Origin: Iphione sp. A-MEVVRFRX5 | Lineage: Eukaryota | DNA: 64,000 bases | Direction of reading: 5' to 3' | Assembly (NCBI GenBank): GCA_976226885.1 | Contig: OZ320319.1 | Coordinates: forward strand, 33,170,001 to 33,234,000 | In this document: piece after piece, positions 1 to 14,428 of the stretch | How positions within the stretch are numbered: the first letter of the stretch is position 1 | Layout of the letters: each line of letters starts with the position of its first letter | The notes under the pieces: generated by a model | The model's input: only the letters and a program-made list of their open reading frames with translations | Told to the model about the DNA's origin: nothing | Databases searched by the model: none | Made by a program: the position numbers and the translations under genes

Positions 1-3000
1 TTTAAGCAGACTTCTATCTGACAAGGATACATACGTGGCCTATATCACCGTGTGAAGTGATCTGTTCCCGTCACCAACCTCATAATTGGTAATTAATTAA
101 AAGGACCTCTTTCTTTGTTATTTGTTTCAATGAACACGCGAAAAAAACCTAATCCTATCGCTGTGGGACAGCATGAGGCATTGCAATTGGATTACAAAGC
201 GGTCGAAGAAAAACACATGTGGCCATGCGGTATTCGAATTATGGACAATGCTTTCAGAATTAACACAAAATATCTCCCTCGTCCTTATAAACATGACCAG
301 TAGGCTTTGTATGTTGTAGCTGCTTTCTTTCGGCAACGTATTCTGATACAAAGTCATCACAAATGTATACATTGTGTGAAATTGTTTTCAATTATTTGGA
401 CGTAGACACCTGAAGAACAAAACAGAAGCTGTCCCTTTCATACATGAGAAGTGATGAGAGTAATGAAGTCCGGTAGAGATCGCTGAAATTTTCTGACCGG
501 CTTTTCCTTAAAATGACCGCCTACTTTTCTATCCAGGCAGCAGAGACTGGTGTTTTAGAGCAACTTTTAATGGTCGTCATGAGGCCAATTAGGAAGACGC
601 TCGGGCAGAGAACGTCAAATAAATTGCTCATAAAAAGAATTGGGGCAAAGGGTTATCGGAAGTTGTCCGCTTAATTTCTTTCACTATAAGACATCCATTA
701 TCCTCCCGAATGGATATATGAAATAATGTTTTGTACAGTAGTCCCGTTTGGTAACAATTTCATGTACATGTATATTACCTTCCTGAAAGACGCTATTCCT
801 TTTTTTAATGTGGACAACAACAACTACACATGCATAAGTTGTGGCTTCGTAATAGGAATGCATTTTAGATAGACAAGTCTTCCCGATGCTGCGTTCCGCA
901 GATTGAATGGTCTTATCTATCCGATCATCTGTAGGTCGATATCTTGAGATGGTATAAACCTCGATGAATCATCATCGCACGACGTACAACGTGTCAAGAG
1001 ACAGAGACCAGCTAAAACCGTTGGGCGCAGTCCTGAGGTGTTTCGTGTGAAGGTGTCTTTAGGCGGCGTCCAAGCGCTGGGCTTGCAGGGCATATCATGC
1101 TTGGACAGCCGAGCATTATAGGCGCCAGTGCTGCCAGGCGCTGGGAGAGCGATCAGACTCCGGTGGTCTGGCCATTTACCAGTGTACACTGTAGGCCATT
1201 TCGCGTCTATCACAATGGCAGACATAAAAGAAACACTAGTCACGGACGTCAGTAGTTCTAGCAGATGGATCATTCACATCACCTGGTGTTGAAGATGTCT
1301 TCCGTCCGTTCTCAACACTCGGCATTGCATATTGTGTTTCTTCTACAGGACGTGAGATGTATTTTGTAAATATAATATTTTACTGGCATGCATTAATTAT
1401 TCCCGCCCCTTACAATTGCAGATAAAATCTATTCTTTAGTGGAGCAGTTACCAGGCCGATCCTGGATTCCAAAGTTCGTCTGTTCGTAGGAGACAGATTA
1501 ATCTGACGTTTTTTTTGATAATAGAGGTTCGTCCCAGTTGCGAAGAGCGATGCTTGCTTGAATCACAACCCGTAGATCTAGAAGTGATAAAACAAAATTC
1601 TACGTTTATAGGTACACGTCTATTCTTGTTATACAATGAATGGTACTACGGTGAAAGATATTATGATCCTTATTTTACAAGGACATTATATCAAAGTCTT
1701 CACTATAAGTTTACTAGAGTTTCAGTGTGATATTTTGTAAATCATGAGTACTTAATACCGTGGTCTTTCTTAGGTGGGTAGCCATAAGGACTTTGTATTT
1801 TAAACGTCACCGTTCATGTCTGAAGCTCTACATTCCACATCGTCCATATACATGACCCTGCAAGCAGAAATCAGCTCTCATTAAACATTAGCAGTGTAAA
1901 TTGTGGGTCGTTTTAAGCTTTACATGGTCGGAGGGTGTTTTCACATTGACGCATTCAGACACGGGTGGTCGATTTCTGTACTACCGTCTATACGTATCTG
2001 CTACGGTGGTATCGCTGTATATGCATTCATCAAACTCTCTCGCAGTGATCCAAACATGTTCTACCTATTGGCATCGCACATAGAGTGTGACATGGATTAA
2101 AATAATTATTCAGCAGCAAATACACAACAGTTTCTTTGAGATACATCAATTTTTATGTAAGAACAATATATTTCAGTATTCAGAGACAAGGGAACATCAC
2201 CACACAGCTAAAAATCATTTTCTTGTTATGAGAAAAAAAATATAAATTTAAGAAAAAAAGTAAGAAAAAAAGTTTTAAGTGAGACAAGATATTTTTTACA
2301 ACAGATTTGAGAAATCTTATAAAAGAATCTTCTCAAAACGAGATCGTTTTTCTAAAAATTAATCTCAAAACAAGAAAGCAAAATTAGCTGAAGATAAGAT
2401 TTTATTTCTTGATTTGGGAACTATTACAAGATTTTTATTCTAATAAAAAAATAACCATATAAGATTTTGTATCTAAATACTCTCATCTTTGACTGAGATA
2501 TTTTTTCTCACTGATTAGGAAAAATGTTCTCATCCCAGTTTCTTATAATAAGAAAGTTGTCCATCAGGCAAGAACATTTTCACCAAAAAATCTAGAATTC
2601 TCACTTTAAGAAAGACCTTCTAGATATATTTTCTAGAACTTATATCTTTTCACTTAGATAATATAAGATAATTCTCCTCGTCCAACACCTAAAACTATAG
2701 AACACTTTTCTTGTTTAGAAGAACAAAACTTACAATTCACTGAACAATGTTTTCATAAATCAATCCCCTAGCTTAATTCAGATCCTGTAGCCTTATACAG
2801 TTGTGCTTTTAAAATGAGAATCAACATTTTTACAATGAATGTTGTCAACATTGGTCTTCATTGCTTCCTATGAAAGGTACAAAAATGCACCTGTCAAGCT
2901 TCACTGCTATGGATATTGAGAGAAACAACAATAACTGCATGAAAAATTGTCAGTTTTGCCATGTTGCTACTGTATTCTTGTATAAATAATTTCTGAGAAA

Positions 3001-3802
3001 ATATTGAAGCTGAGGTATGCAGCAGTGTTTCTATCTATACTTGAGTGTTTGGCTGTGTGATCTTCTGTCGAAATAACCTTGCAGAATCTACCTTGAGAAT
3101 TTATATTGACATGAGTGCAAAAATTGAGATCAAGCCAACAGACATGCTATTAACTCATTTTATTAAAAAAGATATAAAAAGTAACACTTGTGGTGTTATT
3201 ATTTTAGATGTTTTGAAATAAAAAATAAAATGCAGATGGTGTGAGGTTTTCCCACACAAAAGAAATAGTATAATTAAGATACAAGTTGAATAAAGGCAGA
3301 TGTAGGAGGGTTAATCAAACTGACACAAACACTGACACTAAAACAAGACTGGGTCATTAGTTTTGTATGAGAAAATAATTTGTATATCACAGTTATATGA
3401 GAATATGAATGCTGAAATGTCATCAAATATACCTGCCAGAGGATATATTTCTATTTCATACATTTAAGTTTATGCCCAGGTCTACAATATGGTCAAAATC
3501 CTTGCCTGACAGTACTAGTAAAAGTTCTATACATACACACAAACATGGCCCATATGATCAATAAATTCTTTTTCCAATAATGCTCCAGATCTGTATTCCC
3601 TACACATCAATGTATGTTTCTACAAATTTTCAAATAAATCTCACAATATTGATGAAATGGCAGCAAGAAACTGAAGGGGCACTCTCCCATTGCTAAAGCA
3701 CTCTCTGCCAGCACACAATGTTCTTAAAACATTTTATAGCGTTTTTATTTGGTTATAACGTTTGCAACTATTTTAGAACATTTTTAAAATGTTTTCTCCT
3801 AA

Positions 3803-3982
3803 CCTGGAGAGATGTAGGGACTTCTGAGAGTTACAGGAGGATGGCCCAATGTGCTGGTAGCGCCTGGAGAGATGTGGGGACATCTGAGAGCAACAGGAGG
3901 ATGACCCAGGGTGAGGGTAGCATCTGGAGAGCTATAGGGACTTATCAAGGCGACAGGAGGATGGGTGTGTGTACAGGTAGCC
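3803..3982 (+). repeat. Three diverged 60-bp tandem units
   Basis: (c/t)ctggagag...caggaggatg...ggtagc at 3803, 3863 and 3923. Confidence 0.85.
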
Positions 3983-4056
3983 CCTGTGGTCCAGTGTGTA
4001 AGAGTGTGGCCTTCAATAGGGGAACATGGGGATAACCAGGTTCAAACCCTGCACTG
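3983..4056 (+). other. Degenerate tRNA-like (Pol III box) head
   Basis: tggtccagtg A-box-like motif and CAGG-TTCAAAC-CCTG T-arm/B-box at 4037-4051. Confidence 0.35.
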
Positions 4057-7000
4057 GTCTAGTGTATATTTTTTCCCAAAATGTTCCAAAAAGGTTCTTA
4101 GAAAATGTTCTAAAACATTTCCAAATAAGGTTAAGAAAATGTTATGCAAACTTTCATCTTAAACATTTTAAGAACATTTTAACCAACATTTTTAGCACGT
4201 TTCTGTGTTGACTGGGCTGTCAGTCTGAGCACATGGCATGCAAATTTACGTCAATGATCCGATTTCGTAAGTTTAAATGGTTGCTGCTCTGTCATTTCTT
4301 AGCATAGAACAATGACACTTACATTTCTGAACTCCTTGGACCCTCAGCTTTCAGCAGAACTGTATTGCATTCAAATCCAACCATTATTGTTTGACTTCTG
4401 ACTTCATAACATTGAACCATGTGGTAGGTAACATAGCCACATGAAGACAGGCATGAACCAGGAAATAGATTTACTTCCCTTCTTTCAAGAGAGTTCCACG
4501 TCATCATAAAATCTTAAGAATTATTTTCTTGAGTTGAGAAATATTTTCTATTTTGAACAACCAATTCAAAAGTATAACATTTATCTTTTTAAGAAGAGAA
4601 CTGACATTACCTAGTGGCAATTCTCATCAACTTCCTGAAGATCTCATTTTATCTTCCTAGTTTCCCTTGCTGTCTTGCTTCCCTTGCTGTCTTTCCTTGG
4701 CTTATCATGCAGATGAAAGTGTTTCCATGGTGTTCAATCCTGTATCTACATGCAGTATCCCCTTAGTGTGTGACCACCTGTCTGATGAGACCACCTCCAC
4801 ACTATGACCATTTTGGTAGAGAACACAATTAATGCCTATATATTTCAATGTAATAAGCCCTCTCAAAGGAAACATTTTGAGTAGCTAGAGAAGTGCTCTC
4901 TCACCATGTGACCACCTCTTTCCCAACACCTCACATCACATCCTTTCCCTTGCACCACTGTGAGTGTCTCTTTGATGGTCACCCAGGTCTCATCATCTCA
5001 CTGACAACTCAATCTAACTCTCATGATGTACTCTGTAACCCTCTTCATTAAGACCATTCTCTATTGTGACCAGTTGATCTCAGCAGATGGAGTGGCATAT
5101 TAGCAAGATTCAACTGTATATATATATGCACATACATACATTCAGTATAATCTCAGAAATATGGCCATCTTGCAGGCTGATAATAGTTATATACATACAT
5201 TATATACAGGCAGGCAGATATATAGGCATACCAGAAAATATCTATCTATATGTTATGTGATTAGAGTTTTGTATGAAGTTGTCTATTTAAAATGTATGCC
5301 ATATCATATGTTATGATGCATAGACAAGTATCTGTGTATGATGTTATCATTCAGTTATGTTTTACTCATATTAACAAAACATATTTATTTAGTTTTCTTG
5401 CTAGAAAACCAAGAAAACATTTCTCTTTGCATAAGAAAATATATTCTTATAATCTTGAATTCAGAAATTAAATGGTCATTATCTAGATTTTTTCTTTTTT
5501 TAAGTAAAACTAACTTGAAATATCTTAATGGACACACTATTTCATAAAACATAAGATAGACAAATTAGATAACTTCTTGTTTTATGATAAGAAATCTTAA
5601 AATAAGAAACTTTCTTACACCAAGAAAGTGATTTTTGGCTGTGCAGTCACGGGAAGACCGATGATTTGGGATGTTCTAAAGGACTTCTGTTCTCAACCAA
5701 TTTTGTTTCATGACGGGGTAGTTATAGATGTGATTGCTATAACATCTCGCCTGACATGGCGTTTGGGATTATACGAAGATGCTAACTGGCAAGTACCTGG
5801 CTGTCAGAGGAACTTGCAGTAAATCGGAAGCAGAGACTAGTGACAAGCTCCAGTAAGGAGGGCCACAGTCTGTGGAGAACTACCTTTAACATGCATACAT
5901 AAACTTGCACCACGTGGTCCTGGAATGGTGCAGGATAACAGGTCCAGAGCCATAATTGCAGCCTCAGTCAAAGAAATATGCATTCCCCTCATGAGGATAC
6001 GAAGCCTGGTATAGGTCTCATCACCATCAGCAATTATTCCCTCGGGACACGCCTCAGGACGTATGCTGGATCGGGAACGGCACTCGTAAGGACAAAAGAG
6101 ATCGTCTGGAAATCCAACGCTTTGCAGTGTACCTGTGTATCCTCTCTGGTTACCACTTTCCTTGGTTGTACAATGGACAATGGGCACTTACTTATTATTG
6201 AATGAGATTATATTGCATGCGTGGCTATGTGGAGCGTGTAATCTTACCCCGAGCCAGGCCGTATCTTTCTTATATTGGTTCACCAGCACACCGAGGGTCA
6301 AGGGTAGATTTGGACATGCCATGCTTCCTGATGCATGTAATCTTGAATCGGGAATGACATCCATTGGGACCTGTTTATCAGGAAGAGCGTAGATGACTCT
6401 GTGTGAGGCATTGACTTCCCTCTTCCAGATGTAAACAAGGCTATCTGCTAATGTTTCTCAGACGCGAGACCAGTTTACTTTTTTCCATCATGCATTACCA
6501 GCTATAGACCTGCGGTGTCTGGCTAGCTGTTGATACAGCACCAGAGAAGGCTGCTAAATATTGTTCGTTTGAAGTGAAGTAATCGTGGTGCGACGAGGAA
6601 CTAGGTGCGTGCCGATAGAATACTAAGGAAGGTGGGTCACTAACTTAGGGATCACAAGGTACACAGTATATATGGTCGGACAGTGTGGGGAATGTTCATC
6701 CTCCTGAGAGGCCTGAAGAAAAGTAGATAACTGTATAACATGTCTCTTCACCTCTGCCGTTCCTCCTGTAGCGTCCTCTGCCGTGTCTGCTCCTTGCTGA
6801 CATCCCTGTATGGCATTGGTCGGAGAGTGGCCATCAATGAGCCCCACTGGTATTGGTCTTTGATGGGCTTTTGGTGCCTGTCTGGAGAACGAGTGCCGTC
6901 AGACCGGTCTGGTCAGGCTGATCCAATTGCCCTGCTACACTTGTCCGATGGCTCAGTGGTTCCTTGTGTGATCTACCTGGATGTTGCCAGACCTATAAAT

Positions 7001-8617
7001 ATGATAACAAGTATATGTATATGTAGAGGATTTTAAAAAAATGATGCTGGTAAATTACTTTTACGTCTAGAATATATAGTACTGTGATGATGGCCATGCA
7101 TGGGTACGTCCTCCATTGCTGTCGGGGCCAGCCCATACGCTCAATGGCCCTGTTGTCTATTGCCTCCTACGGCAAGAAATAACGTTTAATGGATAAATTT
7201 TAAGTTGATCCTGTGGTGTAGTCCTTTGCAATCGGCCTGTCTTCTTTTGCAATTATGTTTTACCCATGGGATGTCCAGCAAATGAAGGATTTTGTTTGAT
7301 TCCCGGATCCGTCCGTTGAGACCCTGCTCATTTCGAGGTGTTTGTGGTGAGGATAATCTTCTGTCTGACAAAAAAACAATAGATGAAGTGCAAGAAACTA
7401 AGGAACGTGGTCGCCTGACTAAAATCATGCAACCGTGTTTCTTTCCATTGGTAGAAAGAAACAAAAATGTGTTTGTCGTTCTTGGGTCCAATCTCACACG
7501 TAATGCCACTGAATGCTTCTGAATCCTTTGCTTTTCATGAAGGCTTTTAACTCGATGTCTCTGAATGCTTGCCTGCTGCCAACATTGGCAGAAAAGGCAC
7601 CATCGGGGAAAAAAAGTTGAGTACTGGAACGATAGAATGAGTCTCTTTAGATCCGTCGTCTGTAGCCATAAATGGCGCTGGGGCTAAAATGTGCGTTCAC
7701 AAGGTTACAGAGGACGGCCGCCTAAATGCAGCCCTCAGTCTCTGGCTGCGCTTTCTACAGAGCACAGTTTTTATGACCTCTGAGATTTAGCGTTGCTTTC
7801 GGCATATCTGTGGCATGAGGCAGCGCTCATATTTCTGGCACGAGAATTCTCCGTATGAACATATAGTCGCGCTTATGTTGTCTCCATGTAAAAAGAGGGA
7901 CGACGAAATAGCCTTCTACATTGTCGAATCTGACGCTGAAGTTACTTTTGCACTGTTACTGTAATGGGTTTACTGCTTGAAAATGTTTTTCGGTGACGTT
8001 ATTTGAATATAATACATACACAATGCATAACTGATTCGTGTGAATCGAACATACTACAGTTTTATGCTCTTATCGAGGTAAAGGAACTACACATTTATTT
8101 GTTAAAACCAACATGCAACTTGTCTTAAGAAATGCCAAAGCTACCAACAAGATCCGATACATTTATGTTTTAGGCTTTCTGCTGTGGCTGGGAGAGAACA
8201 CTGTATTTCTGACGAATAGCCCTAGTCTGGTTCCTTGAGTGTTCCCTGTGTGCACTGTCGACGATAAGTTGATAGGACAATCCGTTCTGGCTGCTATCTA
8301 TCACACGATATCACAATTAGGCCCACGGTCCCTGACATGTATTCGTCTTAATCCATTTCCTTAATTACATCCTTCTTACAGAAGCAATGCACAGCCAGCA
8401 AGCTAGGCCTCTTCCGTATGTCCAATATCTATGTCGAAGTATGTATCTGTCTCTGTTAATCAAGTTGTGACATTCATCCAATTAACTTTTACTGAAAAAT
8501 GAGAAGTCTAAGGTCGTTTTTGAAAAAAAAGTGAATGCTCTAGATTTTTGCGATAGTTAGGTTCTTTCTAAAAAAAGACAACTATTACCAATGATACTTC
8601 CGGTTTATGGGAAATAA

Positions 8618-8950
8618 CTATTTCCATGCTACACCTTTCTCTGTTACCATGCAATGTAGGTAATGTATTTGTAATAGGTGTTCAGGGGTGATTTCGTTTA
8701 GGTGTACTTCTTGTAGGCATAGTTTTATGATCATCTGTACCACTAGTGCATCTTCTTTCTCATTAGGAAAGGACCGATGCACATTAAAAGCAGAAGTATC
8801 TACGTTACCGACATAAACATGGAAGGAGCATTCTTGGGTCTGTATTAGCAATTCCCCGCACGTGCGTTCGTTATGTACAAATGCCTTGGATGCAATGATC
8901 ACTGCAGTCGCCATCAAGACTAGCTCCAGCCAGTAGATCGTGTTCTTCAT
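8618..8950 (-). CDS. Hypothetical 110-aa ORF with a signal-peptide-like N-terminus
   Basis: ATG start, K at position 2, hydrophobic WLELVLMATAVIIA then an AxA-type site. No domain recognised. Confidence 0.25.
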   Translation of the reverse strand: MKNTIYWLELVLMATAVIIASKAFVHNERTCGELLIQTQECSFHVYVGNVDTSAFNVHRSFPNEKEDALVVQMIIKLCLQEVHLNEITPEHLLQIHYLHCMVTEKGVAWK

Positions 8951-11900
8951 TAAAGATTTAATATCGAAGCTGGCCGCGCCATTTCGACTGAGTGATGCTT
9001 TCAGCTATCTTGCTTTTACAATCAGGCCTTCCAACAGGTATGCCTATCAACTACCACACGACTTGTTTCGCATACTACGAGAAGATGAACAGTAAAACCT
9101 TCGCGAAAACTGATGTAGTGAGAGGTTCACTTTATAGCCCGTCTAGACGAGTTCACGTTTGTTTTCTCCGTATCTCTAGGCTCTTCACCACAAAGCAATT
9201 ATCAGTCTCAGGAAGTTGGTCGCCTTGTAATTACCAGATGACTTATTCAAAGCATGGTCCTACTCCTAGATTAGTGACCTCACGCAGTAATCTCTATACA
9301 CGTGTGTACTTCTCGTAAAAGAGCATAAGACGTCCAACGCAGAAATCCTCCGTATAATTACTCGCTTCCTGCCAATGTAATAACAGTAATAAATTAGTTT
9401 TAAACGTTGTTAGAAATATGTTTTCCTGCTTTGGCAGGGAAGGGAAGTCCATGTTTGATTAAATTGTTCATTTGCTGAATACAGTGGAATCTCTTAATCC
9501 GGACACTTTCTAATCAGGATTCATATTATTTAAGGTCAAGAACCAGAACCAAGGTCTATATATCCATGTTTACATACTCCTGTTATTCCGGACAACTTTT
9601 CAAGAAGGCATTAAAATGTGGATATCTGTATACATGTATTCACATGTAGACATGCATATTTATAGCCCGAACTGTTATCTTTATAATGTCAAGCCTTTCC
9701 CTTTTAGACACTTCCCCTGCAGACACGAGGGTTTTCTTTTTTTCTAATCATTACACATATAATTCTCTTAAGGTAAGAGAGGAACGATTGTGAACGACAC
9801 GAAGATGGCCCGGCTTTTACCCATCTTTCCAGAATGAGACGTTATCAGGAGAGTGGCTCCATGTGCTACTTTAGCACTTATTAGTATGTGCGTAACAGAA
9901 AACAATGAGAGCAAATATTTGAGATAAGAACTGTTTTTGTGCCTGATGACTCTTTAAGTAAGCAGTTTGCATGTACATTTCTTACCATGCGGTACACTGT
10001 AAGTTTCCACTTTGGATGAGCCCCTTCACGAAAGGCTTCAAATAGATGGCACAGCATTGGGTGTTGCTAGCTGCCGAGCCGAAAACCAGCATTGACCTTG
10101 CAGGATGCAAGTCGCTGGGGAGGCTGGGGGGGTATGCAAACACCCCCTGTCAGGACCCGGTAGGCGGCAGCACTGTGTACCTCAAGGGATAATGACTGGC
10201 CATCCACCCTCTATACACCCCCCACCCCCAATCTCCTGACCCTTGCCCTAGTTATCACCAGACAACTTCGCCTCTCCTCTCATTCGCCATTCGCGCTCGG
10301 GTACGCCACATGTCTGTTCAACGAGCCAGCAAACAGCAGTGAGCAAAACAAGCGGCGCTGCTGCACAGCGCAACCCATTCTACGATGGAAAAGGGAGTCA
10401 ATTCGCCGCGCAGATCGCCCCCTCTTGGATCCAAATGTGCGCATTTAGCCTCCAAGTGAGTGTGAGCTTACCAGACCTACGGATCCAACTCTCATTTTCC
10501 TGTCACAGACAGAAGCACGTAGGGTGCTTGGGAACTGGCGATGAGTATAGCCCGTCACAGAGATGCTTACCGATGTACGACGAGCCATTTAGTCATGACA
10601 CGCTGTCACCTGCCCAGAGATGGTCTTCCTAAGGCCAATAAAGGAAAAATTGAGATAAACTGAGGGTAACAATTTGTATTATAAGTTTGTTAATAACAAA
10701 GCAAATAGTTAAGGAAGACGGCATTGCTTCTTGCTACGAAATAACGTAATTTTGCGTACGACAGGGAATCATAATGGGAGCTATCAGTGTATATCGGCAG
10801 TGTATATAACAATTACAAGATGCATTTGATACTAAAAATATATCTTCGAGACAAAATGATTCAGATATATGTCAGAAGCTTATGCGACAGTATCTGCATA
10901 AACTAGTAAGAGTTAATATATTGAGAAAGTAACTTTATTGCTCATGGCAAGTGATAACAGAATGGTTTCTTCATACTACAGAAAATCAAGTCGTAGAGCG
11001 AATCTATAGAGCTGGCTACAAATTAGAATTATCATGGTAGTATGATGAACATGATTTTACCTGGTATGTGTAGTATGGAATTACCATATGGCGGCTATGT
11101 TTTGAATACCATAAATGTGATGAATAAAATGCTAGATATAAAGGCGGTAGTGATATCTCCTTCGCTTCAGTGAGGTCTTTGATAAAACATCCGTCAGATA
11201 TGGGACCATTTTCCTATTAAATGACAATAGGCTGGCCATTTAAGACAAATTAAACTGTGTTGTAGAGATCACAAAATCTGTATCTATCAAGACTTTAATG
11301 AAATATTTCTTCAGGGATGAATCAATTTCCATTTAAACTATCTAGGATAAAGCAAATAGTGTTGAAGACCAACAAAGGTGTTCCAATAGTAATAAGGATA
11401 CTGCTATACTAGGGAAGTATTCGCCACTGCTTTCAAGCGGCAGAAACAACCGTGCGATTATAATCATGATCAAGAAACTCCACCCATTTGCCACAATTTC
11501 CTTTTTCAAATATCACGATCGTCTCCGGACAGTGTACCTCATGAAGTGTTTACTAGTGGTGATAGCTCCAGCTGTGGTTTATTATTTATGAATTACAATA
11601 CGTCTTCCATCTATGCATATTGTTATCGATAATGAGTGACATAGTGACACCATTCCCTTTCTTTGTGGTGTATCGTATAATCACCCCGTCATGAGGACAT
11701 ACAGAATATACCGAACGAGCAAAGGTATCGAATGTTGTAGGTTACATTTGTATTTCTGCATATCCTCTCATTAACGGCTCTAACGTATCGAGCAGGTGAG
11801 ATCCAGGGACCTGGTGGTGAACCGTGCCCTGCATAACTTCTCAGAACAAGATCAGTAATAAGCTGTTGGCACATCGCACACCAACCTTATGTCATCGATG

Positions 11901-13453
11901 TATTCAATCCCGACATTCTGACGAGTAAATGGCCTGAACACAAGACCTAGAGCCCAGGTCGGGCTGTAAAAACATACAAAATATGGCGAAATGTCCCCCA
12001 TACTCCTGTTCCAGTGAACGGCATTTATCATCAAGTCTCAGAAACTATAACAAATGGATTTCACACACTGCAATGTCCGCTGGAACAACTCTTATTCTGG
12101 TAGGAGGAATGGGCTCAGAAGGAATGGGTCAAACGTACAGAGATACACGCAATTTCTTTGTCGATACTTTTGAATTTAAGTCTATTCCCGTTTCAATGCT
12201 GCTTGGCTGTCCCCGTACTGCACAGAGTTTCATCTGCACGACTGCCTTTGACCAATGGGATGGCATATACCACTTGTATTGGGGTACTAATGAGGTCCTG
12301 TGCCCACTCCAGCAATCAGGCCAACAATGCTAGCCCTTACCGTCCGCCCGGTTTGGCTAAGTCGATGCGAACGTGGCCTGAGTGAAAGTGAACAAGCGAG
12401 CGATGTGGCTGCCTTGCTGCACCGCGATCAATTTGGCCGGCGTATTTCCCAATTACACATACATATAATGGTGGTTGTCCTACAAAGCCAATATTTCGTG
12501 GTGGCGTTCAGACATTATTCCAGTGCTACGGAACAGAATGCCATCTGTCCATGGTATGCCGATTGATCAGGGGTAATAGCACAAATAAATGCAGTCTTCA
12601 TCGTAAACCGTCATTGTCCTTAAATAGCCTAGTACATATGCATTGTTCTGTCTTTAAATCCCACCTTATTTTGTTTGATTTAAATGTTTGTTGTGGAGTG
12701 ATTTTTGAAAGTATGTATATGAACCATTCTGTCCCGGAAATATCTTTATGCATACAAAGATATGATATATCTTGACACCGGATATATAAAATTATATTAA
12801 AATTGAATAATTTCTTTTTCAATCATGCGGCTACAACGAAAATGAAATTGAAGGAGTATACCCCTATAAGGTAATCAAAGGCAAAAGGAAGGATTTGGGT
12901 CCAAGAATAATCAGACACATTCATGTCTCATCCGAGTAAAGAGAAAATCCAGATCTGAGCCTTCGGATGACGAAGTTTGGTCCCGTGTATATTTTCCATC
13001 TAATGGTACTGTTATAAGAGATTATTATATCAAATTTTACAAGCTGCCATGGGTTGTTTATTGAGGAAGCAGGAAGGTCAACTTAAGTACAGTGTCACTC
13101 AGGAATCCTTCATTCAAAGAATATAATCTGGTTTTTATACTTAAAGGCATTACCTTGTAACATGGACCAGTGAGATAAATAAATAGATAGATAGATAGAT
13201 AGAGAGATATTCAACGATCTAACACAATTCAGCCATCTCCCATTATTGCACAATGCCACCGAGCTAGAAAAACCTAACATACTCAAATTCTATTCACTTT
13301 TTCATACATATTTAAAATGTGTATCTTAGGACAAATAAGCCCATCATCAGCAAATACGACTGCTGTGAGAAAGAATCATTTCTGGGTTAGTACTGTATTG
13401 GGGATTTTAACGAAAACAATGGATGAAAAGAGTCACGTGAGAAGTTGGTTAAT

Positions 13454-13970
13454 CTAGATACTGTAAATTTGTAGTTCATAAGCATCCGCATAGGTTGCTG
13501 TCGATAGTTGAGCTTCAGTAGCAGGTTGTCGAGTAAGATACAGTAAATACCAGTACACTTCAGCAGGGACGTGGCTAGAAATCAGAGGCGGCAGAGTCTT
13601 TTTAATGTGCAGCAGGTGATCCACAGTATCATCGTTTAGGTTGACACCCCGGGCCAATGGTGACTTCAATAGCAGATGCTCCACTGAATAATACTCAACA
13701 AAAGCTGCATGCATAATCCCGTCATTGACAAGGTGACACATTCGTCTGCTATCGTCTTGATTTCCCCAGTGTCCCACAGGGTCGAAGTGTATATGTGCGG
13801 ATCCATTGTTATCCCTAGTACATATGAACCACAAAGGGTTAAAGAATATCCTTTGAAAACTGTCTATATGATATGATAAGTAAACTGCACAAACGCTCCC
13901 TCCTCATTTCCAATACACGAAAATGGCCTTCACTTTATCCCAGAATTCTATCACCAATTTATTAGGTGTG
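13454..13970 (-). pseudogene. Decayed exon-like coding segment of an unidentified protein
   Basis: Acceptor ctgactacag| at 13971, then about 172 codons with one internal TGA (TPNKLVIEFWDKVKAIFVYWK*...DPVGHWGNQDD...EVYWYLL). A phase-compatible donor AG|GTATGT lies at 14075/14074. Family not recognised. Confidence 0.35.
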
Positions 13971-14428
13971 CTGTAGTCAGAGATAGCTCGCATTCGGAAT
14001 GAACAGAAGAGAAAACATCCTAGGTATGAGAAAAAGCACCCGGTTCCTTCCTATTATTGTCCTTTAAAACATACCTAGGCAGCAAATGGGAGACAATTGC
14101 AATCTCCCAATCTCATTTCTTCAAAGGGACACACCATATAATTCGAGGCTGTTTCCATCGATGGCACTATCGTTCTTCCAGTGAAGCCCTTGGGTACTAT
14201 CTTATGACAGGATTTCTGTCGGCAACTTTGTGTTTTGCTTCCGTCGTGAAACCTTCATGAGCTGTCGGTCTGGTCGTAACAAACGCCAGCCGTCTTCGTC
14301 TTTGTAACTTGGCCATTATCTCCACCGCTGCACCTTCCGTCTGTGTGTCTCTCTCGAAAAAGACCATCATCCGTCAGAGTTTGTTCTGTGACAGCTGCAT
14401 TATCGGCGTATTTAAATTATACACGACA

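Larger units (their letters stand above)
3708..4216. mobile_element. Nested MITE-like element with AACATT/AATGTT subterminal repeats
   Basis: Termini ccagcacacaatgttc... and ...ctgtgttgactggg. The two arms carry reciprocal aacattt/aaatgtt arrays around unrelated internal sequence. Confidence 0.45.
2203..5643. mobile_element. Probable EnSpm/CACTA-like non-autonomous element (or two halves of one family)
   Basis: Inverted termini cacagctaaaaatcattttcttgttatgagaaa / tttcttacaccaagaaagtgatttttggctgtg match at 28 of 33 positions. It starts CAC, has a possible 2-bp CA duplication, and carries AT-rich AAGA-type subterminal arrays at about 2203-2750 and 5370-5643. Confidence 0.5.

Noticed and set aside
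917-2100. Short ORFs and exon candidates, including an SRCR-like MDDVEC
   Set aside because: Splice phases could not be joined into a coherent protein and the motif is too short.
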